DNA of 64,000 bases from Novakomyces olei (taxonomy: Eukaryota). This document shows, piece by piece, positions 12,760-28,215 of the stretch. Under the pieces are notes generated by a model. It saw nothing but the letters and a program-made list of their open reading frames with translations, was not told the DNA's origin and did no database searches. The position numbers and the translations under genes were made by a program. Position 1 is the first letter of the stretch, and each line of letters starts with the position of its first letter. The DNA lies in the NCBI GenBank assembly GCA_016906335.1, contig JADEYG010000003.1, positions 1,178,001 through 1,242,000 of the forward strand, given 5' to 3'.

Positions 12760-13178
12760 AATAGACTGTTGTTCAGAAAGTTTTCTGATTATAACGAAAG
12801 AATGAAGAAATGAAGAGGAAATAAAGATGGAAATTAAATAAATAAATAAATAATTAATTAATTAATTAGGTTGCTCTCTATTTCCTATAATGTTTTTGAT
12901 TCCGTCTACTTTATCTTGCTTATGTAAATATATAAATATTAAACTTACATATATTTAATATAGCTCCATATTTATTTACGCATTGTACTCCGTTTTATTA
13001 TACGTTATTATTGGTTACGAGCACAGCCAGAGTTGTTTACGTACTGAGGCAAGCACGCTATTTGGTCCGCCCATCTTGAGGACAGCGACGCTTTACAATT
13101 GCCTCGACAGTAAATATTAGCGTAAAAGCGTTGCTCACAAGCGATTAGTTTGCCCTTGAATCTGCTTCTTTTGGCGAG

Positions 13179-14450
13179 ATGAGCTTTGAGCAAACAGCAA
13201 AGCCGTTATCGGCAACGGAGCTTTTACAGGATCTAAGTCGTCGCGTTAGCCGTGACAAACCTGTCGATGCCTTACAGTACTGCTACAATTATTTCGCAGA
13301 GCGTCTTGCGGCTGATCGCAAAGCGTTGCTACTTACAGGATCTGGTAGAGCACCGGTGAGAGATGTATTACGAGACAATATTTCAGAATCCTTTCCAGCA
13401 GGTCGTTTCAATGCTGATCCGTTTGCTACTACACCAACTTCGCCAGGAGCCATTCCACAATCGGGCAAATGGCCCCTTACCGGAGCTCCGGGACAGTTGC
13501 CCTCTGATTATGGATTTGGTCGGCGCAAAAGCATTAGCGCTGAATCAATGGTACCCTCAGCGAGAACTGCAAATAAGCAGACTACAATTGCGGAAGAGGA
13601 GGCTGTAAAGTTTCCAAAAAGCCCAGATCAAATCAAACGCTTAAATGCTAGCATAAAGTCCAATTTTTTGTTTCGCCATTTGGACGAAGAACAGCTTCGG
13701 GATGTATTGGACGCAATGCAGGAGGTCAAAGTTAATGATAGCGGCTCTGTTATTATTCGCCAGGGCGATGAGGGAGACTATTTCTATATTGTAGAAAAGG
13801 GGGATTTTTCTGCTTATCAAAATAATAACAACCACAATCACAATATGAAAACCAGTGCTCGTGGTGAAGAACAAAGATCATTGGCTTCCGATCCCGATGA
13901 CAGTCTGGGCCAGGTAGTGGGTAAGATTGGAGCCGGAGGCTCGTTTGGTGAGCTCGCACTTATGTACAATGCACCACGAGCAGCTTCAGTGGTGGCGATT
14001 TCGTCAAACAACTTACTATGGAGCCTGGACCGTATGACCTTTCGGCGTATACTGATGGACACTGCCTTTCGGAAAAGGGCACTCTACGAAAATTTACTTT
14101 CAAGTGTGCCAGTGTTGAGTACGCTGCAGCCATATGAGCGTCAAAAAGTAGCAGATGCTCTGGAGACTCAGTGCTATGATGAAGGCAGTACTATAATTCG
14201 ACAGCATGATGATGGTGATCGATTCTATATTATTGAAGATGGAACTGCAGAAGTTTTCAAGGAGGAACATGGCCTGGTGGCAACTCTGGGCAAGGGTAGC
14301 TACTTTGGTGAGCTGGCTTTGATCTGTAATTCACCCCGCAACGCTACGATTGTGGCTAAAAGTAACGTTAAAGTCGCTACTCTGGACAAGTATGCATTCC
14401 GGCGACTTTTGGGAAACGTTATCGATATCATGAGTCGGCAGAACCGATAA
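13179..14450 (+). CDS. BCY1: cAMP-dependent protein kinase regulatory subunit (Bcy1/Cgs1)
   Basis: N-terminal dimerisation-like helix, inhibitor site RRKSISAES, two cNMP domains (FGELALMYNAPRAAS, FGELALICNSPRNAT). Intronless. Confidence 0.95.
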   Translation: MSFEQTAKPLSATELLQDLSRRVSRDKPVDALQYCYNYFAERLAADRKALLLTGSGRAPVRDVLRDNISESFPAGRFNADPFATTPTSPGAIPQSGKWPLTGAPGQLPSDYGFGRRKSISAESMVPSARTANKQTTIAEEEAVKFPKSPDQIKRLNASIKSNFLFRHLDEEQLRDVLDAMQEVKVNDSGSVIIRQGDEGDYFYIVEKGDFSAYQNNNNHNHNMKTSARGEEQRSLASDPDDSLGQVVGKIGAGGSFGELALMYNAPRAASVVAISSNNLLWSLDRMTFRRILMDTAFRKRALYENLLSSVPVLSTLQPYERQKVADALETQCYDEGSTIIRQHDDGDRFYIIEDGTAEVFKEEHGLVATLGKGSYFGELALICNSPRNATIVAKSNVKVATLDKYAFRRLLGNVIDIMSRQNR

Positions 14451-14693
14451 TTCACGTCTTGATTTGTACACGATATACCTGCATTATCATTTGAACTATA
14501 TCAGCAAATTTGTTTTTGTCTCTTTTTTTTCAGTGTTTTTACGTTTTCTTTTCGAGTATTGGGATTAGCTTGAATTAGTGCTCCATGTGCTAGCCTTCGT
14601 TGCCGAATGTAAGTGCAAGCATTCTGTGTTTGCGCTGTGTAGTCAATGGTTGAATAGATTTACTTCAGTTATATTCTCATGATTGCTCTACTA

Positions 14694-15994
14694 TTAAGCT
14701 GGAGGCATAAAGGCTCCATAGAGACCTGCTTGTACTATACTCCAAACGCAAAAATAATAAACCCAGTAGGTACCGCTTTGGCCACTGTAAATGCCGCGAC
14801 GAGCGATATAAACAAAAGGCAGAGGAAGGCAGCTGGAAATACGGGTGAAAATCTGTACATGACTGACCAGGAGACACGTAAGGGAAAGAACCCCCTGTAT
14901 CAGCATCAATGCCTCTAGCAAGGCATCCTTGTGGCCTGGAATGGCCCGCGGTCCGGCAAACAAGTTGCGATCCTTGTAAAAATAACGCAAGCTCAGAGCT
15001 CCAAGCACTAGAGATGGAGCGGCAAACAAGAAATTGGGTATATTGTTGGGCGTGTAATAGCTGAGGAATGCTACGTTCCAGTACTCACGCTGCACATAGG
15101 AATAGAGACGGAACGGAGATATGGAAGAGCACCAGGCCGGCGCAGTATAATCGCCACTGCCCTTGCAAAACTCGTCATATCCGCGCAAGTACATACTGAG
15201 CAAGACGGCGGATCCGGTAGCGCCAAACAGGACAAGGGGAAAGAATTGTTGCTGCACAGTGCTACGTATACCCTGCTGTCTTGCAAGGACAACGTACTTC
15301 CACAAAACAATGGCAAAAAGTAAAGTGCCATTGCTTCGCACGTGGCAGGCAACGAAAAGGCAGGCGGCCTGCAGTAAAAGCAAATGAGCTCGCGTATTAT
15401 GCATCTGCAAAAGAGCAGTGGTAAAGCTGAGCAGCATGAAAAAGGACTCGTTATAGTTGGAGAGTAAGAAGATACCAGCCGGGGCCCATATTGCGAGAAA
15501 AGCTGCAGTGTACGCGGTCGCTTCGTCGTACAATTGTGCCGTTAAATGCCATAGTACTATGCACGCTGCAAAATGAAAAGCAATTGACAGTGCTGCTCCT
15601 ACGGCCGCGTAGTGCACGTACAGTGGCTGCGTGATTAAAACTGGTTAATTAGCCAGGCAAACGAAATCAGCGGATCAATAAGGCAGATAATCAAGGAGAG
15701 GCACGTACGCCGAGTGACAATTCTAAACAAAAATATAAAGCCCGGTAGAAAGGCATAGTCCTGCTCGTTGATATACCCGTCGCGGGCGATGCGCGTGAAA
15801 TAAATAGAGTCCCACCGTACTAAAGGCCGAATCCACGGAGCCAAAGGAATATTACTGCTGCCATCCGAGTCAAACAAGATTCCGGCTGATGTGTCATACT
15901 CCACAATTGCTGCGCCCACTAGAGCGGACACGTATATCAGGATTTGAGCAGTCGCAAAGGGGAGGACTATACGGCGCCATTGCAGGCGAGCCAT
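14694..15994 (-). CDS. GPI18: GPI mannosyltransferase II (PIG-V/Gpi18)
   Basis: LVRWDSIYF, YAFLPG, YNESFF, RSNG, YSYVQREYWNV, NIPNFLFAAP, HVQIFTR, GAFMPPA*. One intron near 15641-15708. Confidence 0.9.
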
Positions 15995-16318
15995 CGGCTC
16001 GCCTCATAAATTTAAATATATTTATTTAAATATTTAAATATATTTAGGATTATTGTAGGGTCAATTAAGGATCAATTTAGGATCAACTTAGGGTTAATTT
16101 AGGATTCTATGCTCGATTACTATCCAATGTTACGTGCCTCTCTGCACAGTAATTCACGACGGTAAGAATCTCCTTTAATATCGGTGCGGAATATTCTATG
16201 GGCGATAGGTGATTAGTGTCGATATGACATATAACCCTGTATTTTCCTCCGCTCATATACAATATACACAATCCTATAGGCTGACGAAAAGTGCCTTTTT
16301 ATACTTTCGCCAGCAAAG

Positions 16319-16905
16319 ATGCAGCGCATTTTCGGATTAACAAGGGTAGGCGACCGTGTCAGTCATCGCTAAATTTACAGACGGCTGCAGTGCGGCCTCG
16401 AGTGGCGATACGTCCTTTGGCGCAAACGCGCTGGCTCTCTGATCAGTCGCGCTCTATTCTTGACAAGGCAGTAAAGCGTAAGGCAAGATGAACGCGATAC
16501 AAGGCTTACCGGCAGAGGATCCGATCGTGCTGTTTATGAAGGGAACTCCAGACCAGCCGATGTGCGGCTTTTCCCGGGCCGCCGTGCAAATCCTGAGCCT
16601 GCAAAATATTGATCACAATAAGGTTGCTACGTACAATGTACTATCAGACGAGAACTTGCGTAACGGTACGTTATTTGTTAGGGCTTAAAGACACAGCAAG
16701 ACTAACCCGAGTCGCAGATATCAAAGAATTTTCAAACTGGCCTACAATCCCTCAGTTATACGTCAACGGAGAGTTTATCGGTGGCTGCGATCTCGTTGTA
16801 GGAATGCACCAGAACGGAGAGCTCGCAAAAATTTTGGACAACGCTGGTCTTTTGCTTGCCAAGACAGAAGATAAGCAAGCAGAGTCTGGGTCTCAGAATG
16901 CGTAA
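16319..16905 (+). CDS. GRX5: Mitochondrial monothiol glutaredoxin (CGFS type)
   Basis: Arg-rich presequence [17 protein letters not shown], then [16 protein letters not shown] and [24 protein letters not shown]. Three short introns. Confidence 0.9.
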
Positions 16906-17187
16906 ATTTTTTACAGAGCAATAATGAAAATCAGGATTCTAACATATTTTGTTTTTGTCTAAATTGCGCAATGTAATAATTGGATGAATAGCCTTAGTGT
17001 AAGATCTGCGCAAGAGTTTATCAGTATAGTCAAGGTATAGTTTTCTCCTTTTTTATATTCATATTCTTTTCCTCTATATGAAATTATTAATAAAATACTA
17101 TATTGATGAAACTGATTGTATATCGTAAAATACGCTAAAACTCGTATACAGTAAAAATCGCATTTGCCCTGCGTGCCACTTCTGCTG

Positions 17188-17791
17188 ATGGAGGCAGTTC
17201 ACGATAGTCTTCCATGTAAGTAAAGCACTGTGTCAGCGCTAACAAAAAGACTATGATACAGAGCCTAGCGAGCTTGAAAGGATACAAGTACAAGAGCTGA
17301 TCGACGCTGAAGCGGCCGCGGTTCCGCCACCTGAGCCTGCAGACACGAACACGTTTTCGACCCAATCAGACTTGTTGCGATTCGAGCTAGAGCGGGTTAG
17401 GGCCAACAGAAAACTCGATGCTATTGACCTAAAACGGTACGCGGAGCTTCAAGTCCCCGAGGGCCCTGAGGCAGAGAGTATTGCAGCTTGGACTAGTGCC
17501 TTGAACCAGGCAGCAGTCGCACGGGAAATGATGGTTATGCGACGCGACAATCTAGAGCTTCTCAAGCAGTATGGTGGTAACGCATGGCTTGTTCATAATG
17601 CACAACTGGAAGCAGCATTGAAGCACTACGAGACAGCTCTGCTGGCAGAGCAAGAGGAGTGCGAATCAGTAAATCGGCGTCGGAGACAATCACAGACTCG
17701 TGCGGGCGAGCGCTTAAAACAAATGCAGCAGAGGCTGAACGAATTGATCCGGTCTACTCTAGACACACAGGTGGCAAACCAACTGCTCTAG
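17188..17791 (+). CDS. CWF7: Prp19/NTC splicing factor Cwf7/SPF27 (BCAS2 family)
   Basis: MEAVHDSLPY|YDTE, LDAIDLKRY, NLELLKQYGGNAWLVHNAQLE, VNRRRRQSQ. One short intron. Confidence 0.85.
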
Positions 17792-18056
17792 TTCTACGGA
17801 CTGAGTGAGCGTCCGCATGCCACACTGCGTTTGCGGCCATTGTACTCTAAATTTATCATGATACTATAGGATCTGTCACGTATACTATGCACTGTTTAGA
17901 ATAAGCAGCGAGTGTCTGTTAATTTCAAACAGCAAACATAGTTGTCCTTTTCTTTGCTGTCTATGACTATCCGTTGATCATCCAGTGATCTAATCGTCCA
18001 GTGGGTCTAATCTTCCAATAACACTCTAGGCCAGCCAACATTAGCACGTAAAAGAC

Positions 18057-18448
18057 TCATTTGGAGATCTCTGATAGCGCAGCTTCATAAGCCAAAGTAT
18101 CGTCTGCGGGCCAAAAGAGAACAGCGTCGACACTGCGAGTATGCACGCGCCCCATAACATGGTACCATTGACCGGGAACGAGTTTCAGGCTGTTCAATAG
18201 CGCGTTCACATCGACATTTACACGAAAAGAAGCGTATCCCATCACAGCAATTGCATGCGCCTCTTCATACTCGAGTAAACTAACGTGGATAATTAGAGAC
18301 GTGGATAATAGAGACGTGGATAATAGACACGTTAATTCAGCCCGGCTTACCATCCCATGAACCGTACCATACACTGGTCCAGTGTTGAATCTTGTGCCAC
18401 ATCTTTTAAATGCACAAGGAGAGAGCCTTCCGGTACGAACGCTGGCAT
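18057..18448 (-). CDS. TEN1: Telomere-capping CST subunit Ten1 (small OB fold)
   Basis: ATG at 18448 with one intron (GTAAGC..TTAG, about 18280-18350) gives ...VRFMGCLLEYE...VNVDVNALL...GQWYHVMGRV...VDAVLFWPA...YEAAL. This matches the Ten1 pattern (RFLGCV, WLNIVG) as I recall it. Confidence 0.75.
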
Positions 18449-19368
18449 TGCACTTGAAAGTCTCACCAGTATTTTTCAAAGCTTTACCGTATAATCAACC
18501 ACATCACATAGGAAGAGAAACGGCCATTCTCTTGCTTTGCTTCAACAGTGTGTGATTGCAAAGAGCGGTTTTCCAGTAATACTTGGCAAATGCTGTACTG
18601 GTGTTTAGTGGCTCGGTTCAGTTTGTTTAAATGCAAGACTTTTAAATCAGCACTAATCCTGCAACTAATGGTGGCTGCACAGTCGATAATCATCCGGAAC
18701 AAGACTCAGCTCCATTGGTCGAGGTACAAATTGAACAACCTCGAGTCGAAAACAAGGTTCTAGTAACATTTACAGCCAGTACTTTATGCTCTCCAGTTTT
18801 TAGGCCCACGAAATATATCAAATTGTTCACTAGGTTTAGGGTTAACGCCTTTAATATGGATGGAGCGCTTAATAGAAAGTCGAAACAGACTCACATTATC
18901 GTTTGCACGTTGGATTTTCCGGGCGTTATTGTGTGTATTAATCGTGTTACTTACCCCACATCCAAGTAAACCGCCTATCCGCTAAACATTACTGCGATGT
19001 GTTCAGTATTAAATTTATCGATCAAATTCGCATTCAGGTTTAATATGTGGAGGCATTGAGTATACTTTGCAGATATATGACTTTATATTAAACTATCCCC
19101 ATTAAATTACATTACGTAGGTATCCCGTCCAGACTATTATGATAAATAATCAATGTGAATTTCCCGCCATCCATAAAAGGCAATTTTTGCCTATCCACGT
19201 TGCTCCCATCCTCAAGGCCATTGGCTTTCTGCGCTTCAAATTGCAGATCAGGAATTATTCGGGCTCAAAACATCTACGAGCACGGCTCGTAAATAAGGGA
19301 CGAGTAGACTTTGCAACAAAAAAAACGATTCCAAGGGAAATTTTGGGCAAAAGTTTGGGGAGCGAAGC

Positions 19369-22300
19369 ATGAAGTTTGGCAAAAAGTATGTTTGTGAAAG
19401 TCCGATTGTTTTGAATGGACGCTAAATTTTTTAAGCTTGTCAAAAAATCAAGTGCCCGAATTTTCATCACATTACTTGCGATACAAGCTATTGAAAAAGC
19501 TGATCAAAAATGCTCAGTTAGAGTCGCGTAGTGGAGCAGACTTGGATATTACTCCATTTTTGTTTGAGCTCGATCGAAACGTGGAAGATATCCATGAATT
19601 TTATCAGATCAGACTCGCTGAAAGACTACGATCAGCCGACGCTATTGAGAAACGGTATCGTCTCGGCACTTCTTCGGCTCGCGAATCGATCAACTCGCTC
19701 GATGTCGTCGAATGGGAGGATCTGTTGTCGGCTCTGCTCGAACTCCGCTCAAATTTACAGAAACTGGTTGTATGAACACTAGATTTTCTCAACTTTGTAT
19801 TTTACCATCATTTATCCTTTTTGATTTCTTTTTGATTCTTTGATTGATCCTTGGCATTTACTTCGACTTGCATTTTGTGATCATTCTTTTTGCTGGATCT
19901 TTATACTTCGCTGCCCTTCTTTTCATGATCAACATATGCTTAAGGGCTTTTCTTGCTGTTGATTGTTCGCGCAATTCTCATTATAGTGGTACACAGAGGT
20001 AAATAAACGCGGGTTCGTGAAGATCTTGAAGAAATTGGACAAAAAGCTTGGTATGAATAAGAGCGCTTCCTATCTAGATTCAAAGGTAAGATTAAATCTC
20101 TTTGGCTTTAAAATCGGCTACTACTCGTATTCTATCGTTCTTTAGTTTACTTTTGTTACTGTTCAAAGCTTAATCTATTGCCTGCTGTTTATCTTATTTT
20201 TTATGATGTATCCCTGTTAATATTCAAGGTGCTGGTGCTACCATTTGCTTCTCCCGGCTCGATTACACCAGTTTTAGAAAAAGTGAGTTCCTGGCTGGAG
20301 TTATTAGAATCATCCAAGCCCGTGCTTTCAAACGGTACCCGTGACCCTAGCAGTGTTTTATTGCATCGATCTGCATCCGCCATTTCATCCGGCCTTGGCT
20401 CCCACGTAACAGAGGAAGCGGAAGAAGCAATTAGAAAGGATGCTTCTACTGCTCTAGAAGTGGTAATTGGTCAATTAGACTTTTCAAATCCAAATTATGG
20501 AAAATGGCTATTGCAAGTTCTTCTTCGTGCTCTACTTTTGGGCTCGAGTAATTGTGTGGCCTTCCTTGTAAAGAATTGCACTTTTCTCGACGACAGGGAG
20601 GAATTGAATGGCCGAAACCTTATTCACAAATACATCTCACTGTACGGAAGGTCTAAAATTACGCAGCCGCCATCTAATGGCAACACTTCTCCCGAGAACA
20701 ATGGAATTAGCTTTATTACGCCGGCAGAAACACCAAAGCATGCAAAATTAATGTCTCAAGCATTTTGCAATGCTTTGGAATACACTGATGATAGCGTTGT
20801 TTTGCATACACTTTTAGATAATATGCCTGATCATTTACACAAGGATCTGATGGCTAAAGACAGCGCTGAATGCACTCCGCTGCATTATGCTGCTCGATTA
20901 GGGCTAGATGGTGTTTGCAGTATTATTTTGGAGTATATTAAGCTCTGGAAACTGGTGGATCTTTCAGAGATACCTGTATGGAAGCCTTTTTGGCAGAGCA
21001 CAGAGATGATGACTCCTGTGCATTATGCAGTCGATCGAGGGTATCCGCAAACTACCAAGGTTCTGATTCATTGCGATGGAAATGATAATTTGAGTAAGTT
21101 TTTTGTATTTTTATTCATTCAAACCTTTTCCATAATCTAATTTGGCAGTACAGTACGGTCACGAGGGCACGGCACCTCTTGAACTGGCCAGTGTACATGA
21201 CTATGCGTCTATTGCACAGATTCTGATGGAAAAGTTTGACGTAAACGAGCAAAATAGAGATGGTGAGACTCCGTTGTATGTGGCCACAAGATCAGGCAGT
21301 CTCTCCACTTTGAAGGCCCTGCTTTCAGGCACCGGCAACAGCAGACCCCCGCAAAGTGCCGACACTGAAATATATGAGCGGTCTTTCCAGTGGACTCCGC
21401 TCTTCCAGGCAGCGGTAGACGGAAGTTTACCGGCTCTTGAAATATTGAAAGCATCCCGGTGCAATATTGACCACTTGGACAATTCCGGATGGACGGCTAT
21501 GGAGCACGCTGTTTTCCGTGGCCACATTGAATGCGGCCAAGCAATTGCTTCAGCACTGGCTCGTCCGGCGGTAGAAAAGCCATTGGGCTCTGCCTCGTCA
21601 AAGCTCGATCAAACCTTGACTCGTTCAAATTTAAAGCAGGACTCGAGTGTAGTCTCCTCGACTATTGACTCGGGTAGCCGGTCAGGGGCATCGCTTCCCG
21701 GTGGCCTTTTCACGGACCCAATCAAATCGTTTGGTCATCGGTACCTGCGCAGCCAGTCAATGATCCTGATAACACTGGGCTCAACGAGCACGGCCGACAA
21801 GCAGTCGCCCGTGGTGCTTGACAAAGTGCCGCTGGCAAAGTTATCGAAAACACAGCTCGATACAGCGATCACAATGGTTGTTTATGTGAAAGGCGGTATA
21901 GGCGAGTCGGCCGTTTACGATTTGCCTATAGACGGATCAGTCACCACTGAGCCAATTGCCTTTTACACGAACGACATTGGCCGAGTGCAGATTAATTTTG
22001 ATTTTATCCCGACCTACTCGGCCAAGCGTAAGGACGATTTGATCGCCCGAGCGGTTGGCCCACTGAGGCTGTTTGAGTCACAGCTCGGCTCTTCCAGGGC
22101 CATTTTCCAGTGTGACCATTGCATCCCCATCCTGGCCGCCCGGACTCTCGATGCAATTGGCTCAATAACCTTTGAGGCTCAGCTCATAACCCCCTTTGAC
22201 CATGCGAATATGACGATTGAGCGCAACACTACATACTGGAAGTCCATGGCAAACACAACGCCAGTAATCGGCCACCGTGGACTGGGCAAGAACCAGTCGG

Positions 22301-23455
22301 CCAACAAGAGCCTGCAGCTTGGAGAAAATACTCTGCACTCGTTCATCACGGCTGCAAGCTTGGGTGCCTCGTACGTGGAGCTCGATGTACAGCTGACAAA
22401 GGATATGGTGCCCGTTATTTACCACGATTTTCTCGTGTCAGAGACGGGACTGGACGTGCCTGTGCACGCTCTCACTCTGGAGCAGTTTCTGGCTGCTTCT
22501 TCGTACAAGCAGCACTCTACGGACAATAGTAAATCGCACAGCGAATGGCGAGAGCCGAGGGCTGATCCTCTCCCGACTCGGCCGCGGGCCCGGTCTTGGT
22601 CAGACGAGCGAAAAAGCCGGGTTGCTGACCCGCATGGAGCAATTGAGAAATGGAAACTAACGCGTGACTACAAGCGCAATGTGGAGAAGGGTAATTCGAG
22701 GGGAACGTCGATACAGGGACCATTTGCTATGCTTGAGCAAGTGCTGAAAGAGGTGCCGGCAAATGTGGGGCTCAATATTGAGTGCAAGTACCCAATGCTG
22801 AGCGAGGCTGAAGACGAGGAAATGGAGCGGTTCGGGATAGACCTGAATGCCTGGGTCGATACTGTACTGCGCTGCGTCTATGAGCACGGGTCAGGGAGAG
22901 ATATTATCCTCTCCAGCTTCCATCCGGATATCTGCTTAATGCTCTCCCTCAAACAGCCGTCTATCCCGATCCTGTTTCTGACAGAGTCAGGCACTTCGCC
23001 AATGAGCGACGTCAGGGCCACTTCCCTGCAACAGGCTATCAGATTCGCGACAAGATGGAACCTGCTGGGGATCGTTACCGCCTGTGCTCCATTGATCTTG
23101 TGTCCGCGCCTGGTAAAGACGGTGAAGGAGTCGGGACTCGTGTGCTTTTCTTACGGCACCCTCAACAATGATACGGAAAACGTAAGGCTGCAGGTCAAGG
23201 CCGGTCTCGATGCTGTTATTGTGGTAAGCGTGTAATTGTTTATACTTATATTCGTATATGAAAAGTGTTTATTTATTTTTTATTTTTTATTTTTTATTTT
23301 TTATTATTTATTATTTATTATTTATTATTTATTATTTACTATTTACTATTTATTATTTATTATTTATTATTTATACACTCTCATAATCTAATGCTCAGGA
23401 TTCGGTCTTGAAAATTCGCAAGGGATTGCAAGACTCTTCCTCTGAGACGTCGTAA
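19369..23455 (+). CDS. GDE1: Glycerophosphocholine phosphodiesterase with SPX, ankyrin and GDPD domains
   Basis: MKFGK, YKLLKKLIK, NKRGFVKILKKLDK (SPX); TPLHYAA and TPLYVA (ankyrin); VIGHRGLG, LGENT, VELDVQLTKD, NIECKYP (GDPD). Last exon DSVLKIRKGL...*. Confidence 0.93.
23270..23373. repeat. (TTTATTA/TTTTTTA)n in the last GDE1 intron
   Basis: Direct reading. Confidence 0.85.
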
Positions 23456-23560
23456 TCGAATTAAGGCGTATGGGGATATATAAAACGGGTCATCTATTTT
23501 TATATAATTTTATGCTCATGCCTGCCATACCTGAGATAAACTGTCTCGGCGCGTCCGTGA

Positions 23561-26670
<3,110 letters not shown>

Positions 26671-27011
26671 ACTGTGGGGCTGAATATGCCTTGAAACCGA
26701 TCGTAATTGCCTGTTCCAACTCGCTCAGGAGCCGAGATTTCTTAATCCACGATACAAAGGCTCTGCCGCGCTTTGCTTTTTTTCAAAAGTGGCGATTGTT
26801 CTGACTCCAGCTTGATTTATCGCATGACGGCAAACAGTCGTTGTCGTGTGTCAATGCTGGTCGCGTCTATATAAAAATAATTAAATAATTAAATAAATAA
26901 ACATTTATTTATTTATTTTTTTATTTTCTAAAATTTATATATATATTTATATATATATAGAGGAAACAAATAATATTCTCGATATCATTTGCACGTGAAT
27001 TATTATTCCCC

Positions 27012-28201
27012 ATGCAAAAGGCCGACGAGGTTGGAAGCGACGACGATGCAGAGGCAACAGCGGACGATTGGGCCAAAGTGCTTTCAGAAACGCAAGTCAG
27101 TAGTACCGCAATGTATAGCTAACAGTCAAGGACCCCAATTATCCCCACTAAACGAGGCGAGAAAGACTTTGAGCCAGATGGAACTCTAAAGCAGAGCGTA
27201 AAGCTACAGGAAAGTCTGAATGCCATGATTGCAGTTCTCGAAGCGCCGCGCGTGGTCAATACGGCTCGTACGCCTTTCTGCTTGTGGCAAAAAGATATCA
27301 GGTTGGCTTACGTGCAGCGACCAAAGGGAGTACACTTTAAATCCATGGGACTGCCTCGTAAAGGCGGCGCTGGAGGATTGTACTTGTTGCCGGAAGAGAC
27401 GATCTTCTTGGCTCAGCGTGGCGCTTTGGTTTGTCTCAATGAGTACGAGCTGCCTATGAGTGTTCAAGAGCTTTACGCTACCATTCTACCACACTGTATC
27501 TCCCTCGAGCACCTTGAGGTAAGCGTTTAGTGCAAGACTTGTAAAGTAATCAAAAGGTATATTCATATTTGCGGAGAGCCGGCTGGCACGTGCAGAGATG
27601 GAAGGCACAAGAGCCTGTTTCCGATAGGCATGTGGGCAGCAGATTGCACTACGAGTTTAATATCGCTTTTGATTTATCAAACACTATTTTGAGCCGTGTA
27701 TTTGGACGTGTACTGGGCCGGCTGAGTAGGCGAGCGTTCCCGGTCCAGAGCACTACGGGCCTGTACAGCTATGGTATCCTTGCCTCCTGTGTCTAGACGT
27801 ACTGACTTCAAGTGGACGCTTTTCGCAGACTTCAGATTGTTCCCCTGTACGATGGCCATAGAGTGAGTGCGAAGGGCGGTATACACTTTTCCCTTTGGAA
27901 ACCCGGGACAAATTTCAAAAAGACTCAGCCCGGGCCCCCAGACTATTACATGACTGTCATCAATGCTCAAGAGCAACGGCTGCCTTCAATGCAGGAACTG
28001 GACGGATTAATAAAGCAGCTTCCAGAGTCTCCCGCAGCCAGTCTGGGCCATAGTCTAAAGACGGGGAAACGAAGTTTGATCTTAGCCGTTGTCGACAGTG
28101 GAGTCATATCTTTTACACGAGTTTCAGATGTTTGTTTTGGAATGCATAGTATTGCGGGTATTAAGCATACGCCCACCAAAAAAGGGGGTCGGAGAAAGTG
28201 A
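27012..28201 (+). CDS. SEN54: tRNA-splicing endonuclease subunit Sen54
   Basis: KRGEKDFEPDGT, KGVHFKSMG, LLPEETIFLAQRG, VYSYLRRAG, WKPGTNFKKTQPGPPDY, LAVVDSGVISF. Confidence 0.88.
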
Positions 28202-28215
28202 AGATAGCAATAGCA

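Noticed and set aside
18454..18720. RNase MRP-like fragments (TTGAAAGTCTC and CCAATGGAGCT)
   Set aside because: The two motifs are on opposite strands and cannot form P4 in one RNA.
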